Below, piece after piece: positions 54,601 to 64,000 of a DNA stretch of 64,000 nt. The notes below the pieces were generated by a model. It was not told the DNA's origin. It worked only from the letters and a program-made list of their open reading frames with translations, and ran no database searches. The stretch is from Balanoglossus misakiensis (taxonomy: Eukaryota > Animalia > Hemichordata): the NCBI GenBank assembly GCA_040954595.2, contig CM082593.2:1808901-1872900 (forward strand), written 5' to 3'. The translations under genes and the position numbers were made by a program. Position 1 is the stretch's first letter. Each line of letters starts with the position of its first letter.

Positions 54601-57600
54601 TGAATGTGCTTATAACTGCAGTTTTGCATACCATGTAAATGGTGCAAATATGCAGATGGTGCAAATATGCAGATATACACACAATAACTCAAGATTAGGC
54701 CAATTCAACAGTGTGAAGGTTACTGGCCTCTGCACTCGAGTAAAGACAATGCGAGATTTCTCACTGTGGTTACCGACCGCCGTTAATCATAATTCCAAAA
54801 TGTGTTGAAACGGAGCATGTTACATCAAACGCATGATTAATAACTGCACGAGTATTATAGCGCGGAAATGCGCGTCGCTGTTGTCACGACAACAATGCAT
54901 CTGGGCAGCTGTCACGTATTAACTTTATTTTGACAGGCTTGTTGCGACTGCCCTTTAAAGCCCCGTGTAAAGCCTGCCAGCACGATTTGGAAACATCGTT
55001 CGAGTTTCAAAATCCCACCAATACATTCATAATAATCGCACTTCCTCGATTAAATGTGGTGTAATAAAAAAGGGTAAAATACAGGACAGATTTTGTTTGT
55101 TCCAATAAGTTGTTCCCATGTCCGGTCGATATTCAGAAACTGAATTAAATTTTGGACGATTTTTTCTATCTTACAGAAAATGGATCTCAAGAACGAGAAG
55201 TCGCAAAAATAATATATCAAACTGGATTTTATGAACATTATACGTGTAGCAATGGAATTCCAAATGCACTTAAGGTAAGAATGCGTACGGAAACTTGGCT
55301 ATTCTGAAGAAACCGGAAGTGCCTCACAAATATTGGAAGTGAAATGGGTTAAGAAAATAATATGGTAGTTATTTTGTGTCGCTTAAAGGTATTCCAGAGT
55401 TACTAGTAAATGACAATGCGCCGAATCAATTACACGCATGTATACGTCGTGTCTGTCGGTAAAGATTTGAAGGAGAACAGTGCCTAAGGAGCTACGTTCG
55501 GTAAACGTAGAACATCAATGACTGCTGTTGTTAACAAAATAAGCGTCAAACTTCAAAACTCTCATTGTCGCTGTCCGTAAACATATGCGCTACGTCGGAA
55601 TGAGCTACTCTTTTGGACGGCCGCGGTTCGGTAATTCAATGTGACATCGCCAAGGGATCTCGGCTTGAGTCTCCCATGTGACTCAAATGTTAATTATGGA
55701 AAGTGGGAGACTATTTACAGAATCAACAAATGCAATTTAACAGCCGATGAGTATACGTATTTACCTTAATTATTGAATTTCTCAGTTTAATTTAACGCAT
55801 GTCCAATTCAACGAGGATAGGGTGAATGCAAGGGACATTATGCTTTATGGCTACACAAAGAACGATTATTGATTTAGTGAAAAACCAAAAAAAAACATTC
55901 TCCATTTTAATAGCTTTGAATTCTGGACGTGGCCTACTTACTGATTTTGAGAAATGCACTTTATTATTGACTCGAATTTCTACTTATACGGGGAGATTCC
56001 AAACTGTTGAATGAAATCGATTGAATGAATAAATGTCGACCGATGACGATTTTGCCTGACAGTCAAAATTTCTCGCGTTCATATTGACACTGACAATGGG
56101 TATTTTCATGTTATCTGTGAGAACAAACCACGCTTACTTCCTATAGTCACGGGTAAATTATCTCGCTTGATTTCCCACCCTTTCCCCCAAAAATGTATCG
56201 GCGTTCTTCAGCTACGCATGCGTGAATTATTTGTGAAATTACTTTCAATTGAACATAAAAATGTGATATGGATGAAAAGAAAGAAAGGAATCAACGAAAA
56301 GGCTTTAGAGAGAAATATCATGTACAGCCACATTATATGAGATGAGCGCATCCGATATTCATACATTTTAAGTGTACTGTTACTTGATTTGCGAAACGCC
56401 TGTCTATCTTTTGTCCAGGCTAGAAACAGATGGTGTTTGATATATTGCCACAAAACCATATCATGGCAGCTGACCTAATTTGATCGGTTATTCGATGGTG
56501 GTAAATGTACTGTCAGGGTGAAGGTATATTCTGTTGAATAGGTGGGTGGAAGATAGGTACAGTTGTAGTATGGCCAAAACAGTTAACAGTTTGCGCTGGT
56601 TGGTTGTACTTATTATATATGGGCTAGTTGTGGAGGACACTTGGGTTGGAAAGACCAGATGATATAGTAGTGTACAGGGTGCAATGGTTGATGGTTTGGA
56701 GGATTCTGTCAGCTAAGTTCGAGGGGTGTATCGTTTGCTGGCTACCGGGCGTGGTACAGTGATGGAAGGATACGGGTCTTTTGTATGCACTGAGAGTCAG
56801 CGTCCGGGTAGATGGATAACTTGAAATATTGTATAAATAGATGTTTTAAACCATGAAAGCAGGGTATATAGTTTGAATGATATGTATATAAGGGTTTATG
56901 GGAAGAGAAGCAGAGATGGAAAGTGTTGGATCGGCTCATTTTTAGCAAAATTAACACGAGGAACATCTGGTTCCACTAAGTTCGCTTGGATTGGCTAAAA
57001 TACGTGTCTACTTTCGGGCAAGCATCCTTGGCCAGAAGAAGGATTTCCCTTATTGTGTCTTGGGCGGAATTCGGGAGTGGTTGAATTCAATTACTTAATT
57101 GATGTTGAAATGTATTAAATAAGAGGCCTAGAGGACAGCCAGGTCAGGTGGAAATATCTCTTCTCGCAGGTAATTCAGTGGTCAGGATCATCAATCGATA
57201 TTAAGCATCGCGATAAAGGCGAGTGATGTTCTCGGGGAAACCCGGGGAGTAAATTACACGTAGAAAAGAAGCTGCAAGCAATTAGTTTATAGTGCGTTGT
57301 CTAGGTTATGTATCATTTATCGATCGTATTGTGACAGAACTGTGGTCAGGCCTTCTGGTACGAGATCTGCTTTGTTCCATCACTTAACTTGTGGGCACTT
57401 AAATTCTATAATGCATGATGTTTTTAATTAATCATGCGATCTTGCAACAGACAAGCGCAGATCTAATACCGGGATCAAACTTTTATGTAGCTCAATCTTT
57501 ACACAACTTCGTTCACTTGTCCGCTCACCTTGCGTCACATTAATACAGGAAAGGGTGCATGTTGACGGCCCGGTCAGCTTTGCTGAGATCGTTATGTACA

Positions 57601-58688
57601 ATTAAACTTTTATGGACGGTGGATTTCTGTATGTAGATCTGAGTCAGGAACAACAACCCGCTGAAAATATGAATAATCGCCCACCTAGAGTTAAAATTAG
57701 CACCTCGGTGCTGTGCCTACCATGTCGTTCAGACCACAACATCTATTCCAGCAATGATTAAACCATGATGTGTGTAATATGATGCCAACGGACACTGTAA
57801 TGGATAGGCGCGATGGAAAGACGTCCATCCACCGTCAATATTAAGGTGCTGAAGGAATTACTGACGGGTATTTAATGAATGTCTTCCGCGACATGATACC
57901 ATGTGGCGTTTCGGCTTATTGCAATGAAACAGCGCTTTCGGACAAATTCCTCCTCGCTGTCGTTTGAACAAAAAATATAAATAGCCTATAATTTCATCAT
58001 TATGCTAAAATCGAGTTACTGTGCAATCCTCGCGTATGCTGTACCTTCAGCTTTTGGCGAGAGTGATGCGCACAAACTTTTAATGCAATGCAAGTGTCAT
58101 CTGGTAGAGTATAATTTTGCGGATCATTGACTTACCAACGTTCTGGTCTATGTTTTTGCGCTCCTTTTTCTGCGCCAGTTCCACTACCTGGGCTAACGAC
58201 ATTCCGCCGACGTTGTGCTTGAAATTTCGGCTGCTACCGGAGGCAAACATCTCCAAGTTATCTGCCGCGCCTGCGCTTCCATCTGTGGAGACATCCAGGA
58301 GCGTGTCGGCACCGACTTCGTCTCCGCCGCGCTCAACTGTTGAAACGTTGCCGTTTCCGCACAGCACTGCCGTTGTCTCATCGGGAGTCTGCTCGCCTTC
58401 GGAATCGCCGTTTCCCGCCGGCGGCGCGCTGATCCACGAACTCATCCCTCCCTCTGCATCATCCGACACTGAAACAACAGAGTCATCATCATCGTCTTCT
58501 ACCTGGAATTGTACGCTCTTCACTTTCACGGCCACATCGGCCTCCATCTCGTGCAAGTCTCGTGCGCCGTTAGCGTTAACATCCTCGAGACTGACCTGTA
58601 ACCCCACGTTGACTGTTGCCCAACGTGGTGTGCCCAGGGGGGATGGTGGTGCTTCGCGAAGCGGGGAAGTTGGGTCCCGGTCACTCAT
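38921..58688 (-). CDS. SLC4A11: SLC4A11-like (BTR1/NaBC1) SLC4-family anion/H+(OH-)/borate transporter, 18 coding exons, 987 aa (whole gene span)
   Basis: Hand-spliced join of 58688-58136, 48717-48638, 47405-47204, 46940-46859, 46666-46543, 46258-46145, 45865-45755, 45579-45498, 45328-45203, 43477-43364, 42252-42046, 41800-41509, 41003-40897, 40535-40367, 40187-40014, 39693-39498, 39283-39114, 38981-38921 gives 2964 nt, open, with all introns GT-AG and phases matching. SLC4A11-type motifs occur in the expected order: DFQREVR, SWLC, VRFVVLVLAP, KGTK, DLKRRIPHY, GQPL, NSPENKLKKGTSYHWDL, VEERV, VRETRLT, GNQFFERL, AYPPSHYVRRVPQRKMH, IIEKKYL. Confidence 0.95.
39114..39283 (-). CDS. SLC4A11: SLC4A11-like exon 17, TM13-14 (SAYPPSHYVRRVPQRKMHMFT...YMKTVFP...IPV)
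   Basis: Close to the SLC4A11 motif AYPPTHYIRRVPQRKIH. Confidence 0.96.
39498..39693 (-). CDS. SLC4A11: SLC4A11-like exon 16, TM11-12 (IVRVRETRLT...PLQYIP...GNQFFERLLLFITEQ)
   Basis: ETRLT and GNQ motifs; splice sites intact. Confidence 0.96.
39783..39960. mobile_element. Fold-back MITE (178 bp) with 9-bp target-site duplication, Academ(H)-like
   Basis: ACACATGTA on both flanks (39774-39782 and 39961-39969); ends TAGTC...GACCA; arms are imperfectly complementary over most of the length (tagccagacctcgctctatccttcgacggcata vs tatgccgttgaaagatagagcgcaagtctggcta). Confidence 0.8.
40014..40187 (-). CDS. SLC4A11: SLC4A11-like exon 15, TM9-10 (LKKGTSYHWDL...PMVHGIVPLSPMHVRSLADVEERV)
   Basis: KGTxYHWDL and HVRxLAxVEERV motifs; splice sites intact. 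Confidence 0.96.
40367..40535 (-). CDS. SLC4A11: SLC4A11-like exon 14, TM8 (LGLGLSLALMVMMEHNITGSVVNSPEN)
   Basis: GLG...E-x-N...VNSPEN motif; splice sites intact. Confidence 0.95.
40897..41003 (-). CDS. SLC4A11: SLC4A11-like exon 13, TM7 (SPYLATLSRELLSNQALAITVIVWSFIGSYCFKDIH)
   Basis: SPYL...REL motif; splice sites intact. Confidence 0.95.
41364..41470. repeat. Degenerate (TC)/(TCTG) low-complexity tract
   Basis: Seen directly. Confidence 0.85.
41509..41800 (-). CDS. SLC4A11: SLC4A11-like exon 12, glycosylated extracellular loop plus TM6
   Basis: Four N-X-S/T sequons (NYS, NVS, NTS, NKT), then SVLFLLLMMGVPWVGITLYRFKR. Confidence 0.93.
42046..42252 (-). CDS. SLC4A11: SLC4A11-like exon 11, TM4-5 (VIYIVTEENNWDFYQVYGLVG...WSTRSVDEIFTLF...)
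   Basis: TRSxxEIF motif; tttcag acceptor, GTAAGT donor. Confidence 0.95.
43364..43477 (-). CDS. SLC4A11: SLC4A11-like exon 10, TM2-3 (VRKALVGQVIAG...GGQPLLVMATSAPLALFTK)
   Basis: GQPL...APLAL motif; splice sites intact. Confidence 0.95.
44245..44591. mobile_element. TTAA-flanked non-autonomous DNA transposon (Kolobok/piggyBac-type), decayed
   Basis: TTAA at 44241-44244 and 44592-44595; termini AGG...CCT; internal ggcggccattttgaatttcaaa and ttttgcacagtgacccc motifs typical of invertebrate non-autonomous elements. Confidence 0.5.
45203..45328 (-). CDS. SLC4A11: SLC4A11-like exon 9, TM1 (TTIVFLYFSCLLFTLSLGVLNDKNTYGYI)
   Basis: Resembles [21 protein letters not shown]; cag acceptor, GTAAGT donor. 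Confidence 0.95.
45498..45579 (-). CDS. SLC4A11: SLC4A11-like exon 8 (RKKCTFLVGVRGDLKRRIPHYKSDFQD)
   Basis: SLC4 signature GxxxDxxRRxPxYxSDFxDG; splice sites intact. Confidence 0.95.
45755..45865 (-). CDS. SLC4A11: SLC4A11-like exon 7 (ILQARVNELSDK...NPFLEADT), linker
   Basis: tttcag acceptor, ACG|GTAAG donor, 111 nt open, phase 0/0, at the expected linker position. Confidence 0.85.
46145..46258 (-). CDS. SLC4A11: SLC4A11-like exon 6 (KGTKNSIETAITFSTLFTDINFR...EEELLD)
   Basis: Resembles [23 protein letters not shown]; 114 nt, phase 0/0, GTGAGT donor. Confidence 0.95.
46543..46666 (-). CDS. SLC4A11: SLC4A11-like exon 5 (ASLKNLQRRRVAIGRLRRPTNLG...VRFVVLVLAPTVE)
   Basis: Resembles LQKRHVCISRLVRPQNWG...VRFVILVLAP; tttcag acceptor, GAG|GTATG donor. 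Confidence 0.95.
46859..46940 (-). CDS. SLC4A11: SLC4A11-like exon 4 (SLLTNTLQSS...EDSWLCA)
   Basis: Resembles LLSDTIQG...QSWLC; cag acceptor, GTAAGT donor. Confidence 0.92.
47204..47405 (-). CDS. SLC4A11: SLC4A11-like exon 3 (RVEERDFQREVRPTQDIKNF...AIFAEDS), cytoplasmic domain
   Basis: Resembles human NFKEEIRAHRDLDGFL; acceptor ttttctccag, donor T|GTACGT. Confidence 0.92.
48559..48628. repeat. (AC)29 microsatellite followed by (AAAC)3
   Basis: Seen directly. Confidence 0.97.
48638..48717 (-). CDS. SLC4A11: SLC4A11-like coding exon 2 (GGWRKVKQLVRGIADMKKSMLIHTKRQ)
   Basis: Acceptor ttttccctccag, donor CAG|GTGAG, 80 nt; bridges phase 1 to phase 0 exactly as required. Confidence 0.8.
50325..50484. 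repeat. Two-copy degenerate tandem duplication, period about 84 bp
   Basis: atatcatatcttcaaagtgat at 50380-50400 and 50464-50484; gacattcagaa also repeated at similar spacing. Confidence 0.75.
54639..54672. repeat. 17-bp perfect tandem duplication (atggtgcaaatatgcag)x2
   Basis: Seen directly. Confidence 0.9.
56470..57090 (-). pseudogene. Decayed SGNH/esterase-like ORF1 remnant of a non-LTR retroelement in intron 1
   Basis: Strongly strand-skewed (A/C-rich on minus). Frame-shifted fragments SIYPDAD, LYHAR*PAND, NLADRILQTINHC, ISSG, NQRKLL, YYNCTYL, YLHPDS follow the order of the SGNH blocks FPGA, HVGTND, SGILPR, DGLHL. Confidence 0.35.
58136..58688 (-). CDS. SLC4A11: SLC4A11-like coding exon 1: acidic, low-complexity N-terminal extension (MSDRDPTSP...KNIDQNV)
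   Basis: GC-rich ORF. Acceptor tttttttag precedes 58785 and an in-frame TGA lies at 58769-58767, so ATG 58688 (A at -3) is the first in-frame start. Donor G|GTAAGT is phase 1 and matches exon 2. No family motif, so linkage rests on phase and position. Confidence 0.75.
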
Positions 58689-58726
58689 TCTATCAGTTTG
58701 TATATGTCTCTCCCCGGGCAGGGCAT
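58685..58726 (-). promoter_or_regulatory. uORF (MPCPGRDIYKLIE-stop) whose TGA overlaps the main ATG (ATGA)
   Basis: ATG at 58726-58724, TGA at 58687-58685, main ATG at 58688-58686, all within the same exon. Confidence 0.55.
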
Positions 58727-61700
58727 TTGGGTCTCTCTCTCCACAATCCGACTTAGTGAACACCGTTCACCTGACGTCGAATCCCCTAAAAAAAGAAACA
58801 AAAGAGTGTGATGAATGTTTAATCTAAAATTGCAGGGTCGATTCCTGGCGATCAACAGCGTATTTAAAGCTAACAGCTGTCAACTTTGTATTGATTTCCA
58901 AATGCGGGTAGAAAATCTATATTACACAAGCAAATGACAAATAGGCGTGTAAACCCCCCTCCCGAAGTGGCAATTATCGCAACAGGAGGGGAAAGTGAGG
59001 GTGTGGTGGGTTTCCCCAATATCGACGGAATTGAGTTCAGTGACTGCGCCATATTTTTAATTAGGAGAAAAACGTCAACACTGGTAGTTCAACCGGGTGT
59101 CAGTTCTCTTCAGACACTGCCTGAGATCAGTTCAACACCCAGCATTCCAAAGGAATTCGAAGTCACATCTCATACCCAATATAATCGCTCACACAGAGAA
59201 TCTAACTTTCATTTCTCGTCAATTACGCATGAAATTATCTGGGGTGCAAAGATCGATCGTACAGAAATCGCCAGTGGACTTTCATCCTCATTAGTCAACG
59301 CGTCCATCCCGTTTAAATCACCCGTCACTATGGTTTTTGCGTCCCGCGCAGCTTGACTCTCACCGGTCATAATTCTTGTTTTGATGTCTTCTCGAGCTGA
59401 AGACTACTGACAGAAGTTGAGGCCTAGAATTCTTTGTGGAATTCCGCACCTTTCTTCTTTCGGGGCATTTTTATGATACAATCATGTGTCTTCAGGAATC
59501 ATATCTGCCAAGTTTATCTGTCGATATCATCTGTGCAGTTTGAGAGGCCGAAGTGAAGTTTGCTTAGTCAAGCTCGATCATGACATGCCCCATCTTGAGG
59601 GCGATGGATGTGTCCCCATGGAAACAGGCTTGTAGCAGGTGCAATGACGCGATGCTTCATCTGGTCTAATTAGTCAAGTAATTAGCTTATTTCAAGATTC
59701 TGCCTAAACTGCCGGTGACAAGGGAATCGATCTTGCAAGTCTTTTAACGGTAGTGCGAATACATAATTAAGCTGTGGAAATGGGGCACCAAAGGAACCGC
59801 TTGAACGGCTGGAAGCGATGCATGATGGTCACGACTCGTCCGCCCCATCAGAAAGAATTCAGTCGAATTTGCAGCCGAGTAGTGTATCGTCCTAAAATTA
59901 TAAGTCTCACTGAGTATTTGGCTTGGAGTTTTTCCTCATTGACCAATTACCAATTTGCAACAATGAACTGCGTCAACCCCATTTTGTTTCCATCCAGAAT
60001 TCATTTGCGATTAGGCGCTGGTTGTTTTCGCTAATTAGTCAGCGTGTGAACCCCTAATTATCACCATTGTGTACATATCATGCATATTGTCAACAGAAAG
60101 CAATCGATACTAATGGTTTACCTCTGACCATGATCTTTTGGTTTCTATGCGTTATTGTGTGACGTCACGCTTTGTTACACCTTATCTGGCAATGATTGTG
60201 CTTTTTAAAACAACCCTGTCATTTCAAAAGATATCGTGCTTTTCTTTCAAACTGCTCTAAATTTTTCGACTCTATTAGTTCCTAAAAATCTATAAATCCG
60301 GAGGGATTTTACCCGCGCATTAAAATAAAGTGAACACCTACCCAAATGAAAATGTCCCCGCGGTTAAGTCTCCGATTTCGATATTTCCCCCGGGTCTCTT
60401 TATATTGCAGGGAACACTATCCCTAAGCTTCCAATATTATTTGACCACAAGGTTCTGTGTTAATTCTTATGAAAGGAATGATTGAATTCCGACCATCTTG
60501 CAACAACTTCAACGTTTCTCGTTGATAGAATAACCAGATAACCACCCGTAAATTGTACATTAAGCTGGTTGACTATGGCAATGATTCTGAAGAAACATTA
60601 AAAATGTCCAGGTAATGAATGTATATGTTTCTCACATCGTGATAGTGGTAATATCCAATATGGGGGAGAGGGGTGGACGCATACTTGGTTCTATGGATTC
60701 CTCGAGGATAATTCCATCAAGGAATGGTTGTTTATGAAAAGATCTGTCGCTGTTTCCAGGGTAATCAATTTTCAAAAGTCTTGCGAAGGCTTTGATTTAT
60801 TCCGATAGTCACGCGATTACATCATATGGTTGCGAAGGATGACCTTCGACGCATATGCACATTACTCAGTTTCAATAGACACTATTCCAATAAAAAGCAA
60901 CTAACTTCGGATAAACTACATCTGGTTTCCTTGTTAGCAGCAAAAAATCGATATTACTTCCCCCTCGCACATATTATCATCAGAGTAACCACTGAAATAT
61001 TGAGCACTGGTGTATTGAGCTTTGATGCTCACGGAATTCATGTTGCCGCAATAACGTTGCAGATCACAGACTGTGTTGCAGATGTTACAAAACAAACATG
61101 CATCTCTTTTTGTTATTTTTCTATATTCCAAAGTTTAATGTTTTTTTTTGGATGACCATGTTGTTATCAGTGTCATTATTCTGTGTGTTTCCTCTTATGG
61201 CAACTGTTGTCTGGGTAAAATGCAAATGTGAAACTGCCAACATGTGTTCCTATACTCAGTACATGTAGACTATACAATCATGTAGTTCTATTTGATCATA
61301 GCTGTCTGTGAAATGATTGTTGTACAAGCTCGAGGTCAACCTCTGCTCCCGCCACCCCTCCGAGCCAATCCAATTCTTGAATCATGTCACATGCTCTGGA
61401 AGCAAGCTGTTTTGACAATTTTCATCTCAAAGCAAGTTGCAAGGACTTCTGGATTTTAATTAAAAACTGCGCATATGACAGGTTGAAAATAGCAGTACAT
61501 GTTAGTACTTGTCCAAGGCTCAAATTCAGTCGAAATTCACGACAAGAATGTCTGTTTTATAAACTTTCTCGGAGTGAAAAAAATGTATCAAGCTTGGAAT
61601 TCTTTAGATCTTTGCCAAATATCACCTGATCTTGAAATGCGATCCCAAATGTAAACAGAGTTCGTCTGTAAGAATGATCTAGGATAATTTCGTTTCTTGT

Positions 61701-62335
61701 TAAACATTTACTGCGGGCGTCACAATGATCGCAAGAGCACTCTGCCGTTACTAATGGCTCATCGATTTGACCTATGGATTACCACAGGGGTAATAGAATT
61801 TTATAACAGACCTAAGTCATGCAGAAGCACCAAAACAGTTCACATACGCATGCGTCAAATACATACGTATACCGGCCATTACAGTACGTTGTTGCCTCGA
61901 AAACATGACACGGTGAAAACATATGGAATTAAATTAATCATTTTCAGTTATAATATCAAAAGAATGTGATCTTAATTAAAAATTGTTAGTATAATTAGTG
62001 ATGATGTTTATAGGACAGGCGCTATTGCATTCATACTCCTGTGAACTGGTTGGTTGATAATATGACACTTGGAAAATATATGTTGACTTTACGGCACATG
62101 ACCAGACAAGTTGGTAAATACAATTCTGAATTTAGACGGCAATGATGAAATTGGTGGCACATTTGCATACGACATCACGGCGTGAATCTGCGATGCGGAA
62201 ACACACAGCTGCCGAATATAACAGAGTCAGCGAATGTTATCCATTACGGTACATGTATTCGAAAAGTGCGTATACTGACACATTTTCGACTTTGGTGACT
62301 TTGTCATTTTTCATGGCTTATAGCTCATGGAAATT

Positions 62336-62337
<2 letters not shown>

Positions 62338-62365
<28 letters not shown>
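62338..62365. repeat. (AC)14 microsatellite
   Basis: Seen directly. Confidence 0.95.
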
Positions 62366-62368
<3 letters not shown>

Positions 62369-63032
62369 GACGTTTCAATCAATGTGTCGTGACGAATAGA
62401 TTAGCGTTTCGTATTGTGCGTGAGTACAGTGGATTGCGACGCGTGTTTCGTGACAGAACTGTAGCTAAATTCTACATGAATCATGTTTATGCTCAAGGCT
62501 TACACGTCCATGTGACTGTGAATGAGTGTTTGTACACGCGAGTCTTGCTGGTTATATCGGTCAACTCGAAAGCTTTGTCATATTTAGGAAAGGATGAACC
62601 TTTCAGAGGTTCTGCCCTCAGCACGACACGACAAAAACTTGAATATCTAAAGTTGGAAGTGTAGTGAATACAGTTCCCTTCCACTGAAGGTTTCCTTTTG
62701 TTAAAACAGTCTCTCATTCAATGGTTCTGGTGGTAAACGTCACGAGAATCTGCTTATCACGTGACCAGTCATTTCGTCACTTCGCTTCTAATGATTTAAT
62801 TTGCCGACTTTTTCGTTCGGCAAATGTCACGAGGCTGATTTGCTTTTGCTGTCACGCTTTTCTCACTTTTGTGCGTAATAACAAACACATTTGGAAATAC
62901 TTAGATGAGTACAATAACCTTGATTTAAAACTAAATACATGAAAATATTGTTGGAAAGTCCAGTTACTTGTGCAACTGTACAAAAGTACTTCCATGTAGT
63001 GAAATCTCTCAGTACGTCTCTGTTTGTCTTTG

Positions 63033-63057
63033 TCCCCCCCCCCCTCTCTCTCTCTCT

Positions 63058-63112
<55 letters not shown>
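63033..63112. repeat. Pure polypyrimidine tract: C-runs plus (CT)n
   Basis: Seen directly; 80 nt with no purine on +. Confidence 0.97.
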
Positions 63113-63114
<2 letters not shown>

Positions 63115-64000
63115 CGGAAATTGTTAAAATCATTCGGCTGTTGATTACGTCAAAACAAGCTACATATTGAAACAAGTCGTCAAGACAACTTCGTCGTGTA
63201 ATACTGAGAACGCTTTACCTGTACACTGTATGTCCGTGATATCCGCAGACGTCTTCCTGGAAAAATCAATTAGCCCCCATTTCCCATGACGATTTCATCC
63301 TAAACATGTTCCGAATAATTACTTCAAGTAGAACACGTTTCAAATACCGAAAACAATTTCACTGCAAACAACCCGGCGGAAAATTGCTGGCTACCGATGT
63401 ACGTTGCATTACTGCGCAGAGTGGTTGATAAACCGGCGACTGGAATTACGCAGACTTTTGTTCGACAGGAGCGGAAGGTGACTGTCAGTTCCAGGTAATT
63501 CCACGCGAATTTGTGAAGAAAGTAGAAGCAGTTATTTGGAGGGGTCAGCCAGGCTCAGATGGATCCAGACTGAGACATGTCGCCAGGAATAGTAGGCTTG
63601 GACATATTCGCGGAGATAAAATTATGGTTTATGATAGATGAATTTCAGAATTCTAAAGGCGTAGAGTCGGCCGGCGAGACTGGTTCAATGAGCTACCGTT
63701 GTCGAGAGTAGAAAAACCCCGTAAGTCGCTTGCTGAGATTTCAGTAATCGGAATCAATTATTACCTCTGCGTGTTGCTAGGTTACCGGCGTTTCGCCCAG
63801 AAAGAGGAATTCATAAGCAGCGATAACGGTTGCATTGAAAACAATCTCAAGCAAGTCAAAGTTCACAATCATCAACATCTTTCTCGAGAAAATAATTTGG
63901 GATAGGTAACGATGATGTTGAGGTCATCACTCTTTCTAGAATATATTTGCATATAATTGTCACCAACCTGACAAGTGACATTTGTTTTTGATTGACTTAA

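Noticed and set aside
58689-58763. ORF-track start at GTG 58763
   Set aside because: Eukaryotic gene; the first in-frame ATG after the upstream TGA is 58688
58117-58827. 236-aa plus-strand ORF
   Set aside because: Ser-rich antisense shadow of GC-rich coding exon 1; non-ATG start and no recognisable domain
58934-59356. 140-aa plus-strand ORF
   Set aside because: No recognisable homology or exon context; lies antisense in the transporter's upstream intron
62852-63175. ORFs with ERERER, LSLSLS, HTHTHT or CVCVCV runs (also at 41.2-41.5 kb and 48.5-48.7 kb)
   Set aside because: Translations of microsatellites
1-64000. CRISPR arrays, operons, rRNA/tRNA, intact transposase or reverse transcriptase
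   Set aside because: None seen; the DNA is intron-containing eukaryotic sequence and its direct repeats occur only as two-copy duplications

Overview
Eukaryotic (metazoan) AT-rich genomic DNA with GT-AG spliceosomal introns, microsatellites and small non-autonomous DNA transposons. It is probably from a marine invertebrate; the TTAA-flanked repeat family reminds me of hemichordate DNA, which is an unverified inference. The one well-supported gene is a complete minus-strand SLC4A11 (BTR1/NaBC1)-like SLC4 transporter. I assembled it by hand from 18 coding exons (ATG 58688 to TAG 38921, 2964 nt, 987 aa), with every intron GT-AG and every phase consistent. The protein is an unusually divergent family member: its TM8 and TM10 substrate-pocket motifs (MMEHNI and HGIVPLSPMH) look more like plant/fungal BOR borate exporters than vertebrate SLC4A11. 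Positions 1 to about 37,700 contain no recognisable coding sequence, only repeats, hairpins and weak candidate non-coding exons of a possible second minus-strand transcript. No rRNA, tRNA, CRISPR array or intact transposase was seen. Family motif comparisons are from memory and need alignment to confirm.
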